From NCBI GenBank assembly GCA_964508365.1, contig CAZDTP010000005.1:32001-96000 (forward strand): a stretch of 64,000 nucleotides of DNA, read 5' to 3'. Positions within the stretch are counted from its first letter, which is position 1, and the number at the start of each line of letters is the position of its first letter. This DNA is from an uncultured archaeon. GTDB lineage: Archaea; Asgardarchaeota; Lokiarchaeia; Sigyniarchaeales; SOKP01. The notes beneath the pieces were generated by a model. It made no database searches. It saw nothing but the letters and a program-made list of their open reading frames with translations, and was not told the DNA's origin. Of this stretch, positions 20,372 through 31,000 are shown in pieces. The position numbers were made by a program, and so were the translations under genes.

Positions 20372-21823
20372 TTATTCTGAGTTTATATCAAGGATTCTCT
20401 TAACTAAATTTTTCTTTTCCTCTAGATTTGCTTGGCGAGAAATCATGATTCTCTGAGCTTGAGGAGAACCTGCTCCATGCATAGATTCTGTTCGATAACT
20501 CACAGAAGCAACTCCCATTGTGAGATTTTCAATGAACCGAAGTACTTTATATCGATCTTCAGTGCACATTCCTTCACATGTCGTTAAATACTTCTCGATT
20601 AAAGGACCTATCTCCTTCGACTTGAGATCAGCCTCAGAGGGCATTGTACATATCATTCCTCCTGCAATATCTTCAGCTAATCTCCCGATCTCGTAGGGAA
20701 AGCGCGTGACATTTAGTTTACATACATTTGCTAATAACATGTCCATTTCATAATTACCTGACTCTCGTTGGAAACCTAGTGAACTACAAGCTATTCCACA
20801 ACTATACAAAGTTTCATTTAAATGGGTCATCTCAACTATTTTATCTTTTATGTGTGATGCATTTTGGGTTCCATTATATTCTGAAATTAATGCAGTTGCT
20901 CCTATTAACACATCTCCTACTCCAACCTTACATCCCCCATAAGATTGTCGATGAAATCCCGCAAAACGGTTAACTAGTTCTCCAGAAAATTCAACTTCAC
21001 CGTTCATAAAAATATTTTCTTTAGGTACAAACACATTATCAAATACTACGAAAATTTCTTGACCACCGTACTTAAAATTTCCAATATCTAACTCACCAGG
21101 TTCCATTTTTCGTGTATCACAAGATTGCCTTCCATAAATCATTGTAATTCCTTTTGCATTTGTGTCTATTCCAAAGCTTACTGCATAATCCTCCTCTCCT
21201 TGTCTTAGAGAAAGCGTGGGCATGATAATAGCTCGATGCGAGTTTAAGAATCCAGTTTGATGAACTTTAGCTCCTCGAACAATGATTCCATCCTCGTTAG
21301 AATCTATGACATGTAAGAATCCATCGGGATCTGGTTGATCTTTCGGTCTTTTACTCCTATCGCCTTTTGTATCTGTCATTGCTCCATCAACCATGAGGTC
21401 GTGATTTTGGACTTCAATCCAATAATTTTTAAATCTGGAATGGTAATTTGTACCATATTTTTTGTCAATTTCATGAGTCACGCTATATAATGCATTAGCA
21501 GTATCAAACCCTACACATCTTTGGAAGCAGCAGGCAGTTTGCTGTCCTAATAATCGTTGCATTTTGACTTTATTAACCAAATCTTCAATCGATTGATGTA
21601 TGTGAGTAAATCGATTGATTAATTCTCCGGTTAAATGAGATTTTGTAGTCATTAAATCTTTATACTCGTCCATCTGAGCTAATTCATAAATTTTCATAAC
21701 GGTGTTTATCGAAGGTTTAATGATTGGATGATTCCAAAATTCTTCTACTTTTTCACCGAACATATACAGATTAACAGGTCGCTGGATGCTTTTTAAATAC
21801 TCTTCGGGGGTTTTTAATGTCAT
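20372..21823 (-). CDS. abfD: 4-hydroxybutyryl-CoA dehydratase
   Basis: Fe-S ligand motifs CFQRCVG and HRQSYGGCK, GAMTDTKGDR, ESMHGAGSP. Confidence 0.85.
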   Translation of the reverse strand: MTLKTPEEYLKSIQRPVNLYMFGEKVEEFWNHPIIKPSINTVMKIYELAQMDEYKDLMTTKSHLTGELINRFTHIHQSIEDLVNKVKMQRLLGQQTACCFQRCVGFDTANALYSVTHEIDKKYGTNYHSRFKNYWIEVQNHDLMVDGAMTDTKGDRSKRPKDQPDPDGFLHVIDSNEDGIIVRGAKVHQTGFLNSHRAIIMPTLSLRQGEEDYAVSFGIDTNAKGITMIYGRQSCDTRKMEPGELDIGNFKYGGQEIFVVFDNVFVPKENIFMNGEVEFSGELVNRFAGFHRQSYGGCKVGVGDVLIGATALISEYNGTQNASHIKDKIVEMTHLNETLYSCGIACSSLGFQRESGNYEMDMLLANVCKLNVTRFPYEIGRLAEDIAGGMICTMPSEADLKSKEIGPLIEKYLTTCEGMCTEDRYKVLRFIENLTMGVASVSYRTESMHGAGSPQAQRIMISRQANLEEKKNLVKRILDINSE

Positions 21824-21898
21824 TTTTATTAGTTTTCCTATCTTTTTGTTATAATTACATATATCTCAATTAGTTATTAAAAATGATTCTAATATTTG

Positions 21899-22552
21899 TT
21901 AACTTTTTCCTACTGGACAAGATTCAATGCATTTATTACACCAAATCACAGTATTTTCTGACAAATTTTTTAAATTCTTCAGGCAATAATTAAGGCATAA
22001 CTCTTTATTATACTTTCCTTCTTCTAGAGCGCCAGCAGGACAAGAATCAAGGCAAATGTCACAATTTCCACAATAAGCGCTCTCATGAATAGGTGTACCG
22101 TAGGATAATTCTGCTACAGTTACCAATGCCCTTAATCTTATTTGAGATCCAAAGGTTTTTGTAATAAGGAGATTGTTTTTTCCAATCGGACCAATTCCAG
22201 CTAGCGCAGCAGCATCTTTTAAGTATAATCCTGGTTTATAAGGAATAACTTCTGATTTGAAACCTTTTTTAGCTAAAAAACTCTTGATTTGATGGCATTG
22301 ATCCAGTAAAATTGAATCAGCAAAATGATAACTTTTTCCTTTCTTTTCGTCTTTACTCCAAGCATCTAGACTAAGATCGTATAAGTGAAATCCAATTACG
22401 ATTACAGTTTTAGAATTTTTCAGATATGATTCAGGAGTATGATCCTTATCAAATTTATTGAAATTAGTCGGATCACAAAATCCTACAATATCTATACCTA
22501 TTTTATCACAATAAGCAATAAGTTCATCTGTGAGTTCTTTAATCATTACCAT
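21899..22552 (-). CDS. QueG / reductive-dehalogenase-like 4Fe-4S dicluster protein
   Basis: AALAGIGPIGKNNLLIT, FGSQIRL, CGNCDICLDSCP, CLNYC, CNKCIESCP. Confidence 0.8.
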   Translation of the reverse strand: MVMIKELTDELIAYCDKIGIDIVGFCDPTNFNKFDKDHTPESYLKNSKTVIVIGFHLYDLSLDAWSKDEKKGKSYHFADSILLDQCHQIKSFLAKKGFKSEVIPYKPGLYLKDAAALAGIGPIGKNNLLITKTFGSQIRLRALVTVAELSYGTPIHESAYCGNCDICLDSCPAGALEEGKYNKELCLNYCLKNLKNLSENTVIWCNKCIESCPVGKS

Positions 22553-22845
22553 AATTTCGCTTTAACTATATAGTATATTATTTATTAAGAGAAAGTAAAA
22601 TTTCATTTAGAATTAAAAAATACGAGAGAACGAACTTTTTTTCGTTAAGTGCTTTTTAACCATTGTTCCTTAATATTATCTATATAAATTTTTAATTCAA
22701 TATAAAATGAAACCAAATAATTTATACCTATTTTTAATGAGAGATTAAGCTAATGCAAACAATAATTTATCCAGTTAATAAATAAGCTTAAAAAATGTAA
22801 CTTGTTATCTATATGTTAAGAATATAAAAGAAGATAAATACATTT

Positions 22846-23985
22846 TTGTCGATGCTATACAAGAAAGAAAGACCAGCAATTTTAATGTTTAAAGATGGTC
22901 GTTATTTCGAAGGGATTGGATTTGGAGCGACTAAAAAAGTATATGGGGAAATTGTATTCACGACAATTACGGGTGCTGGATATAATGAAACTCTAACTGA
23001 TCCTTCATATAAGGGACAAATAGTAGTTATGACTCATCCCCTGGTTGGAAATTACGGCGTTCCTGCTTGGGAAAAAGATTCACACGGGATTCATAAATAT
23101 TTTGAATCAGATTCGATAAAAGTAAGTGGATTTGTCGTTAACGAATGCTGCAAAAATCCTAGCCATTACGAAAGCGTGAAAACCCTAAACGAATTTCTAT
23201 TGGAAGAAAACATTCCTGGAATCGAATGGATAGACACCAGAGCAATTACAAAACTATTAAGGGAAGAAGGAGTGCAATTAGGAATGCTAGCAGTTTTCAA
23301 CCCAGGAGAATCTCCTAACTTAGATATTTTGAAAGAAGAAGTCAAAAAAGTGGAAGACCCAAACCTTAGACACTTAGTAAGCGAGGTATCCACTAAAGAA
23401 GTTAAAATATTTACTCCCTTAAATCCTAAAGGTAAAGTAGTGGTATTAGATTTAGGAGTAAAGAATAATATCTTAAGAAATTTCTTACAGAGAAAAATCG
23501 AAGTAATATTAGTACCGTATAATTATACATTTGAAATGATTTTGTCTTACAAACCAAATGGAGTATTTATTTCCAATGGTCCCGGAGATCCTGCAAAATA
23601 TAAAAATGCTATTGAAGTCGCTCAAGAATTAATCAATAATAGCATCCCTACAATGGGTATCTGTTTAGGAAACCAAATAATTGGTCTGGGTGCGGGGGGT
23701 TCATCTTACAAATTAAAATACGGTCATAGAGGAGGGAATAAGACCGTTATAAACGGTAAAACAAACAAATGTTATATCACCTCACAAAATCACGGTTATT
23801 GTGTAAAAGAATTCAATCAAGGAGGGTTTTCAGAATTTCTTTATAATATCGACGATAAATCTAATGAAGGAATAATTCATGAAAGTAAACCTATTTTTGC
23901 TGTTCAATTTCACCCTGAAGCCTCGCCTGGGCCTTTAGACTCGCTTTATCTTTTTGATAACTTTATTAACTTAATGGGGCTATGA
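22846..23985 (+). CDS. carA: Carbamoyl-phosphate synthase small subunit
   Basis: THPLVGNYG, IDTRAIT, SNGPGDP, GICLG, QFHPEASPGP. Confidence 0.96.
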   Translation: MSMLYKKERPAILMFKDGRYFEGIGFGATKKVYGEIVFTTITGAGYNETLTDPSYKGQIVVMTHPLVGNYGVPAWEKDSHGIHKYFESDSIKVSGFVVNECCKNPSHYESVKTLNEFLLEENIPGIEWIDTRAITKLLREEGVQLGMLAVFNPGESPNLDILKEEVKKVEDPNLRHLVSEVSTKEVKIFTPLNPKGKVVVLDLGVKNNILRNFLQRKIEVILVPYNYTFEMILSYKPNGVFISNGPGDPAKYKNAIEVAQELINNSIPTMGICLGNQIIGLGAGGSSYKLKYGHRGGNKTVINGKTNKCYITSQNHGYCVKEFNQGGFSEFLYNIDDKSNEGIIHESKPIFAVQFHPEASPGPLDSLYLFDNFINLMGL

Positions 23986-23989
23986 TTTC

Positions 23990-26900
23990 ATGCCGTTAGA
24001 TAAATCGATTAAAATAGCGCTAGTTCTAGGGTCTGGGGGAATTCGGATTGGACAAGCTGGAGAATTTGATTATTCTGGAAGTCAAGTTCTTAAGGCCCTG
24101 AAAGAAGAGGGTATTAAAACAATACTTATCAACCCAAATATTGCAACAATCCAAACTGACCCTGAGTTATCTGATCAAGTCTACTTGCTCCCAATAAATG
24201 TAAAATATGTCGAAGAAGTTATAAAGAAAGAAAAACCTGATGGGATTATATTAGCGTTTGGTGGGCAAACAGCTTTGAATGTTGGAGTCGAGCTAAAAGA
24301 GCAAGGAATATTAGAAAAATATAATATACGCGTTCTTGGTACGCCGATAGAAGCGATCGAGGTTACAGAAGATCGAGATTTATTCGTAAAAGCTATGAAT
24401 AAAGCAGATGCAAAAGTGTGCCAAAGTAAAGCGGTAACATCATATAAAGAGGCGATTAAAGTAGCTCAAGAATTTGGTTTTCCTTTAATGCTCCGAGTAG
24501 CTTATACTTTAGGAGGTAGAGGTTCAGGTATCATTGATGATATGAAAGATTTCGAAAGAATGGCAAAAAAAGGGTTAGCCCAATCAAGGATTAACCAAAT
24601 CTTAATCGAGGAATCCGTTTGGGGTTGGAAAGAAGTTGAATACGAAGTGGTACGAGATTCTGCGGATAATTGCTTTATAAACTGTAACATGGAAAATTTT
24701 GATCCTGTGGGAATTCATACAGGAGAGAGTATTGTAGTTGCACCGAGTCAAACTTTAACTAATGAAGAATATCATATGTTACGCTCTGCGTCAATCCGGG
24801 TTATCAGAAGTCTTGGGATCATTGGTGAATGCAACATTCAATATGCGTTAAATCCCTTTTCAAAAGAATTTCGTGTAATTGAAGTTAATGCCCGTCTTTC
24901 AAGATCGTCCGCATTAGCTTCAAAGGCAACAGGATACCCCTTAGCATACATTGCCGCTAAACTGGCCATAGGATATAATTTACCTGAGTTAAAAAATAAG
25001 ATTACTGGTATAACTACAGCTTGTTTTGAACCAGCCTTGGACTACTTAGTTCTTAAAATTCCCCGATGGGATTTAACTAAATTTCAGAAGGTGGATCGCC
25101 GTATTGGAAGTCAGATGAAATCCGTTGGAGAAGTGATGGCCATAGGGAGAACTTTTGAAGAAGTTCTCCAAAAAGCAGTAAGAATGTTAGATATCGGTAT
25201 GAAAGGATTAGTAGCGAATGATTTAGAAGAAATTGAAGATATAAACGAATTAAAATATGCGTTAAGAAACCCCACTGACTTAAGGCTTTTTAGAATTGCT
25301 GAAGCGATCAAGAGAGGCATATCAATAGATGAGATATATCGATTATCAAGAGTAGATAAGTGGTTTTTGTATAAATTAAAAAATATTGTAGATCTTAACC
25401 GTCAAATCCAAGACATTGAATTACTTGAATCAGATGATAATACGAAAAAATATTGGTTAGAAAGAGCTAAAAGATATGGTTTTTCAGATGGACAGATTGC
25501 TAAAATAATGGGTGTCGATTCAATTTTCATTCGACAAATGAGAAGAAGATTAAATATTCAGCCTTATGTTAAAAGAATTGACACATTAGCAGCTGAATGG
25601 CCTGCCGTGACTAATTATCTTTACCTTACTTACAGTGCTTCTGAACACGACATTGATTTTGAAAGCGAATATAAATCTAACCTTACAAAAGTTATAGTGT
25701 TAGGTTCAGGGACTTATCGTATTGGTGCTTCTGTGGAATTTGATTGGGGGTCGGTCAATTGTTTATGGGGATTAAAAAAGCTAGGAATAGATCAGGCAAT
25801 AATGATAAATTATAATCCAGAAACAGTATCGACTGATTACGATATATCCGATAAGCTTTATTTTGAAGAATTATCTGGAGAAAGAGTGCTGGACATTTGC
25901 GAGCTTGAAAAAGCTGATGGTTTAGTAGTTTCTGCAGGAGGGCAAATAGCTAATAACTTGGCCGCTAAATTTTCTAAGTATTCCGATTTTTTTAGAAAGA
26001 CAAGCATAAAAATTCTCGGTACTCACGGAACGCGTATAGATATGGCGGAAGATAGGAGCAAGTTCAGCACTTTATTAGATCAATTACATATTAAGCAACC
26101 CGAATGGAATGCTTTGACTACTAAAGAAGAAGCCATTGAATTTGCTCAGAAAGTTGGTTACCCTATACTAGTTAGGCCTTCATATGTATTAAGTGGCGCC
26201 GCTATGAGGGTCTCCTATGACGAAAAGACGCTTCAAGATACCTTAGACCTCGCGGCATCTATATCAAGCGAATATCCCGTTGTCATAACTAAATTTTTTA
26301 TTAATGCCCGAGAAATTGAGTGTGATGGCGTATGCGATGGTGAAAATGTGCTTATCGGTGCAATTGTAGAACATATTGAGAATGCTGGGATTCATAGTGG
26401 AGATGCAACTATGGTTATACCACCACAGACGGTATCCAAAGAAGTTATATCAAAAATTGAAGATTATACCAAAAAAATCGCCTTGGCATTAAAAATTCAC
26501 GGTCCTTTTAATGTTCAATATCTTGTTAAAAATAACGAGGTTTATGTTATTGAATGTAATCTGCGCTCAAGTCGAAGTATGCCTTATGTTTCCAAATCTC
26601 GGGGAATTAATTTAATGAGACTTGCAGCTGAAGTTATTATGGGCGGTAAAATTCCAAAAAGGTTAATGAATCTTCCTTTAGGAGACTATGTTTCAATTAA
26701 AGCCCCTATGTTTTCTTTTATGAGACTTGACAAAGCTGATCCCGTTCTGGGCGTAGAAATGAGCTCTACAGGAGAAGTAGCATGTATCGGAGAAGACTTT
26801 CCAGATGCATTGATGAAATCATTAGAAGCTGCTGATATGAATGTTCCAATAGAGGGAGGAAATATATTAATTTCGGTAGGTGGAGAAAAGTTGAAAAATG

Positions 26901-27301
26901 AAGTAATTCCCTTGGCGAAAGAGATTAGTAAACTAGGATTCACTATATTTGCTACAGAAGATACAAAAAATGCTTTAACAAGGAATAACATAAACGCTGT
27001 GAAACTTTATAAAGTTCACGAATATGGTTTGGAGCCTAATATTATGCAATGTTTGCAGGATGGGCGTATAGACATGGTAATAAACATCCCATTGCCAACT
27101 ACAGTAGAAGAGAAATTTAAAACCATAATGGAAGACGAATATCAAATTAGACGCATGGCAGTAGATTATAATATTCCTGTGATAATTAATCTACAATTAG
27201 CAAAAGCTATTATCGACGCTATAAGAAATATGCGTGAAAAGAAAATTGAAATAAAGTCGCTTAACGAGTATCATCAAACGCTAAAAGAAGTATACTGGTG
27301 A
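23990..27301 (+). CDS. carB: Carbamoyl-phosphate synthase large subunit
   Basis: GSGGIRIGQAGEFDYSG, two ATP-grasp halves, EVNARLSRSSALASKATGYP, C-terminal MGS domain. Confidence 0.97.
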   Translation: MPLDKSIKIALVLGSGGIRIGQAGEFDYSGSQVLKALKEEGIKTILINPNIATIQTDPELSDQVYLLPINVKYVEEVIKKEKPDGIILAFGGQTALNVGVELKEQGILEKYNIRVLGTPIEAIEVTEDRDLFVKAMNKADAKVCQSKAVTSYKEAIKVAQEFGFPLMLRVAYTLGGRGSGIIDDMKDFERMAKKGLAQSRINQILIEESVWGWKEVEYEVVRDSADNCFINCNMENFDPVGIHTGESIVVAPSQTLTNEEYHMLRSASIRVIRSLGIIGECNIQYALNPFSKEFRVIEVNARLSRSSALASKATGYPLAYIAAKLAIGYNLPELKNKITGITTACFEPALDYLVLKIPRWDLTKFQKVDRRIGSQMKSVGEVMAIGRTFEEVLQKAVRMLDIGMKGLVANDLEEIEDINELKYALRNPTDLRLFRIAEAIKRGISIDEIYRLSRVDKWFLYKLKNIVDLNRQIQDIELLESDDNTKKYWLERAKRYGFSDGQIAKIMGVDSIFIRQMRRRLNIQPYVKRIDTLAAEWPAVTNYLYLTYSASEHDIDFESEYKSNLTKVIVLGSGTYRIGASVEFDWGSVNCLWGLKKLGIDQAIMINYNPETVSTDYDISDKLYFEELSGERVLDICELEKADGLVVSAGGQIANNLAAKFSKYSDFFRKTSIKILGTHGTRIDMAEDRSKFSTLLDQLHIKQPEWNALTTKEEAIEFAQKVGYPILVRPSYVLSGAAMRVSYDEKTLQDTLDLAASISSEYPVVITKFFINAREIECDGVCDGENVLIGAIVEHIENAGIHSGDATMVIPPQTVSKEVISKIEDYTKKIALALKIHGPFNVQYLVKNNEVYVIECNLRSSRSMPYVSKSRGINLMRLAAEVIMGGKIPKRLMNLPLGDYVSIKAPMFSFMRLDKADPVLGVEMSSTGEVACIGEDFPDALMKSLEAADMNVPIEGGNILISVGGEKLKNEVIPLAKEISKLGFTIFATEDTKNALTRNNINAVKLYKVHEYGLEPNIMQCLQDGRIDMVINIPLPTTVEEKFKTIMEDEYQIRRMAVDYNIPVIINLQLAKAIIDAIRNMREKKIEIKSLNEYHQTLKEVYW
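27239..27301 (+). repeat. Direct repeat copy 1 (last 21 codons of carB)
   Basis: AAGAAAATTGAAATAAAGTCGCTTAACGAGTATCATCAAACGCTAAAAGAAGTATACTGGTGA; 53/63 identical to 28031-28093 by hand alignment. Confidence 0.9.
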
Positions 27302-27382
27302 TTTTGCATATCTTGGTTATGATCTCTTCTTTCTTTTTAAAATTACTAGTCGTTCTAAAATCTCCAATTTAATGGCAATAAT

Positions 27383-27955
27383 TTATGCATAAATTTCCTG
27401 TCTCGAAATTGAAAGATTTTTGTAGTTTAAAACGAGTTTAATGCACTCCCTATAATTAGAGACCCAGCGAGAATTTATAACGTATGGTCTCCTATCTCCA
27501 AAATAAATCCGAAGTTGAATAGTCTTCCGCCTTCTAGGTTCTTTAGAAGAATAAAAAAGAACCCAAGATGATAGCAATCGACGGTGATCTTCTTTTATTT
27601 TTACGTAATCTATATCGGCAATATCTTCAAAAGGGATAAATCTGGTTTTTAGAGATAATAAAATCGTTGGTTTACGAAGCATTATACCGTTCTCGTAAAT
27701 TATGATGTAACTTAAAAAATATCTAACGACGGATAAGAATGTGATTATACCCATAATGCACCAACCGAGAAGCAGCACAATTGCTATGATTGGACCGCCT
27801 TCACGCATTAAAGATTCATTAAAAAAATAGAAAATAAAAAACACAATGAACATTAATGTAGAACTAAGCCCATAGCTGAGATCGCCCTTCCAACCACTTT
27901 TGTTCCATTGAGCAAGCTCGTTCCTCCATATTTCTTTTAATAGCGATTTTTCCAT
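27383..27955 (-). CDS. Membrane protein (2 TM) with possible C-terminal PH-like domain
   Basis: Two hydrophobic helices then YIIIYENGIMLRKP...FIPFEDIADIDY; ATG 27955 preferred. Confidence 0.6.
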   Translation of the reverse strand: MEKSLLKEIWRNELAQWNKSGWKGDLSYGLSSTLMFIVFFIFYFFNESLMREGGPIIAIVLLLGWCIMGIITFLSVVRYFLSYIIIYENGIMLRKPTILLSLKTRFIPFEDIADIDYVKIKEDHRRLLSSWVLFYSSKEPRRRKTIQLRIYFGDRRPYVINSRWVSNYRECIKLVLNYKNLSISRQEIYA

Positions 27956-28030
27956 GTTGAACTGTTTATTTCCTTTTATATTCAAAATAATAGTATTATC
28001 TTTTCGTTTAAAATATTATCGGAGGCATTA

Positions 28031-28093
28031 AAAAAAAATGAAATAAAATCGCTTAACAAGTATCATCAACCGCTAAAAAAAATGTATTGGTAA
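28031..28093 (+). repeat. Direct repeat copy 2: decayed duplicate of the carB 3' end
   Basis: Translates KKNEIKSLNKYHQPLKKMYW* versus carB KKIEIKSLNEYHQTLKEVYW*. Confidence 0.9.
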
Positions 28094-28131
28094 GAGAAAT
28101 AAAAAAAAGATTTTAGATTTTTAAATTTATT

Positions 28132-29082
28132 TTAATCTCGTTTAATTTTTGTGAAGATCCAAGGGACTAATGTAATAACTAAAAACGCTAATACGAAATA
28201 TTTAGTAAATCTCCAAACAAAAAAATCAGAAGAATAAACGCTTAATGTAAAATAAAAAACCAGAGTTAAAACTATCCCTATTACAAGATTAACAAGTTTC
28301 TGTTTGTTATTGAGTGCTTTTGGGTCGTAATGAATTTTTTCGTTTTCGATTAAATAACCAAGCGCTATCCCCATTAGCCCGCCACAACACAAACCGTAGT
28401 CAAGCGTAGTAGCAGGAAATATAATAAGAGCTATAGTTAACATGACAATAGGAATTATTATTGCTAGAATTATCTTGGTTAGAAAATTCAGAGATTTGGC
28501 TTTTTCAGAGATTAGTGGCTCAAAGTAGATGAACAAAACCAAGAAAAGAGTGCCATAAAAGAATCCCCCCCATACATCTTCTAAATCGTGTACTCCGACT
28601 ACGATTCTCGATATTCCGATTAAATAGATGAATATTATAAATAACCATTGCAGAATTTTATTATCTTTTTTGTACGACTCATAAGACATTAGTCCCCAAA
28701 CTGCTACGGCATTTTGTGAATGCCCAGAAGGAAAACCAAAGCCTGTTTCATATGTGTTAGTCACAGGACGGGGATCTTGAAAGATGTCCTTTAAAATTCC
28801 GTTAATGTAATAAGAACCTAAAAGAGAGAACCCTACATTTCTTCCAAATTTTATATCGTATACGAATATTAAAGCCGCAAGTAATAGGATCTGTACAATA
28901 TCTTCTCCTATATAGGATATTGCCCGAAAAATTGTGAAAGTGACTGTATTACCATAAAATACTAGGTTGAAATATATGTTAAGTCCTAATAGTAACAAGA
29001 TTCCTCCAACTACGAAATTGACCGCTGCGAGTATTACTATAATGAGTAATATTTTTTTTGATAAAGTACTAATTTCGCTCAA
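28132..29082 (-). CDS. PAP2 family integral membrane phosphatase
   Basis: KDIFQDPRP, FPSGHS, SRIVVGVH; multiple TM. Confidence 0.9.
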   Translation of the reverse strand: MSEISTLSKKILLIIVILAAVNFVVGGILLLLGLNIYFNLVFYGNTVTFTIFRAISYIGEDIVQILLLAALIFVYDIKFGRNVGFSLLGSYYINGILKDIFQDPRPVTNTYETGFGFPSGHSQNAVAVWGLMSYESYKKDNKILQWLFIIFIYLIGISRIVVGVHDLEDVWGGFFYGTLFLVLFIYFEPLISEKAKSLNFLTKIILAIIIPIVMLTIALIIFPATTLDYGLCCGGLMGIALGYLIENEKIHYDPKALNNKQKLVNLVIGIVLTLVFYFTLSVYSSDFFVWRFTKYFVLAFLVITLVPWIFTKIKRD

Positions 29083-29315
29083 TATTTTTCACTTTTTATT
29101 TTAGATTTTCAAAAAAACAATTAATATGATAATATTTTTTCAAACTATTATAAAAGGTTTTCTTCAAAAATTACAGATAAATATATAATTTCACTATTAA
29201 TAAAAATCATGAAAAACAATAAATAGTAATTAAAGTTTGCTTTAGATAACTGTTTAAATGTGATGAATAACAAATTATATCGGGTGTTAAACGCATTTAC
29301 TATCGAGGATACATT

Positions 29316-29582
29316 TTGGTTCGCTTGAAGATTATCGGAACTCAGTGGAAGATCGTAGAGAAATTAAAATACTTTCAACCTATTGAAGGTCACGATTGGA
29401 AAATTACTTACTCATCACCTACTTACGGTGGATGGGATTTAATTATAGAATGCGTATTTAATAATCTAGATGATTTGGATGAGATCGTATCTTTTTGTCG
29501 GATGGACAACGATTTGAAAGAGTGGATCGATGCAACAACCACCCTAATTAGCACAAAAAAAAACTTTGATATCAAATCATGA
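29316..29582 (+). CDS. Small Lrp/AsnC ligand-binding (RAM)-like domain protein without HTH
   Basis: TYGGWDLIIECVFNNLDDLDEIV resembles the AsnC C-terminal motif. Confidence 0.55.
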   Translation: MVRLKIIGTQWKIVEKLKYFQPIEGHDWKITYSSPTYGGWDLIIECVFNNLDDLDEIVSFCRMDNDLKEWIDATTTLISTKKNFDIKS

Positions 29583-29588
29583 ACAATT

Positions 29589-30587
29589 TCAAATCAAATT
29601 ATTGATAATTATTTCTGAAATATCTGACGAATATTCGCCAGTTCTCCTTATACTCTCAATAATAAAACCTATTTCTACAAGGTATTCTGAGTTAGGGCTA
29701 ATTTTAATGGCGTTACACGCTTTTATTAACTTTTTTATCGATTCAATATTTTCATTTGCTAACTTTAAATCTTTTTGGAGCCAAGCATCTAAACTCATAT
29801 TAAGTAATTCAAGAGAGATTTCGCTTGCTTTCATGATGTTATTGTATAATTCCTTATCGATTTCTTGATAGTCTATTAGAATTACATTTCTAGCGATTTT
29901 CACGGCATGATCTCCTATTCGTTCTAAAAATCTGCTAATAAATTTGTAATTACTAGCATCCTCTAAGGTGATATCTAATTTTTGACACAAAATTATATCT
30001 CGTAATACGATATGAGCCTGGCGCTCAACTAACCAATTCAATCTATCAATATCATCATCAATTTCAATTACTTTTTTTGCTAATGTTTTATCCCCTGTTT
30101 CCAAGGCTTTAAGTGCGTCTTCGTGCATACCGTTAGCTAAAATATACATTCTTTTTATGGTTTTTTCAAAGGGCATTTCTGTAGGGTCTACTAAATCTTT
30201 CATTTTAATACTATTTTCTGATTCTTCTTCGATTTCTATACCTATAGTAATTTTACTAAACTCTCTTACTGTGTGTTTAATATCGGAGTTAAACTTTCTA
30301 CTAGATATCACTTTTATAACATTGTAACCCATGATATAAGCACCTATTAAGAGTCTGAATAAAAAATCTGGATCCTTAATTTCCTCAACATCAAAGATTT
30401 TTTCTTTAATATTTTTCTCTGAACTCATGTATGGAATAATTAACAAATTCCCATCGGGTTGTGAAATAATACCAATTGTATCTTTAGCTTTAATTTCGTG
30501 CCTATTAATCCATTCCTTTGGTAAGCTAATAATAAAAGAAGAACCACCCGTTTTTTGTACTTTTCTTGCCTCAATGTTGAAAGACAT
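29589..30587 (-). CDS. phoU: Archaeal phosphate uptake regulator (AbrB-like N-terminus plus PhoU domains)
   Basis: RKVQKTGGSSFIISLPKEW, DDDIDRLNWLVERQ, LERIGDHA. Confidence 0.85.
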   Translation of the reverse strand: MSFNIEARKVQKTGGSSFIISLPKEWINRHEIKAKDTIGIISQPDGNLLIIPYMSSEKNIKEKIFDVEEIKDPDFLFRLLIGAYIMGYNVIKVISSRKFNSDIKHTVREFSKITIGIEIEEESENSIKMKDLVDPTEMPFEKTIKRMYILANGMHEDALKALETGDKTLAKKVIEIDDDIDRLNWLVERQAHIVLRDIILCQKLDITLEDASNYKFISRFLERIGDHAVKIARNVILIDYQEIDKELYNNIMKASEISLELLNMSLDAWLQKDLKLANENIESIKKLIKACNAIKISPNSEYLVEIGFIIESIRRTGEYSSDISEIIINNLI

Positions 30588-30802
30588 AACTTTTTCACCT
30601 TATTTAATATTTTATATATATATAATATAATTTTTATGATACTAAATATATACTATCTCTATATTCTATATATATTGATCTTAAAATGCATTAATCCCCG
30701 ATTGGAGAGTTTATAGTTTAAAATTTAAAGTTTAAGATACCTTTATATAACTGAAATGCATCTCTTTTTTTATATAAGAAGACATCAAAAAATCCTTTCA
30801 AA

Positions 30803-31000
30803 ATGGAAAGTAAGTTTAACCTCTGCCCTCGATGCAAAGGTACTAGAATAATTGATATAGGCGATACCATTGAATGCCCAGATTGCAGATTAGAATTTGA
30901 AAAAGCTGATATTGAAGCCCTTGAGTCTGACCAAATTTTCGCAATATCTGAAAAACTAGAGTTTATTAGGGGCATTAAGAACAATAATAATAATATTTGA
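30803..31000 (+). CDS. Small Zn-ribbon protein
   Basis: CPRC...CPDC. Confidence 0.7.
   Translation: MESKFNLCPRCKGTRIIDIGDTIECPDCRLEFEKADIEALESDQIFAISEKLEFIRGIKNNNNNI

Noticed and set aside
22629-22646. Hairpin aacgaa-cttttt-ttcgtt about 200 bp upstream of carA
   Set aside because: A six-bp AT-rich stem is expected by chance; no leader ORF or alternative structure to support attenuation
30600-30680. Repeated TATATA units upstream of phoU as a possible pho-box array
   Set aside because: Cannot be distinguished from AT-rich promoter background by eye
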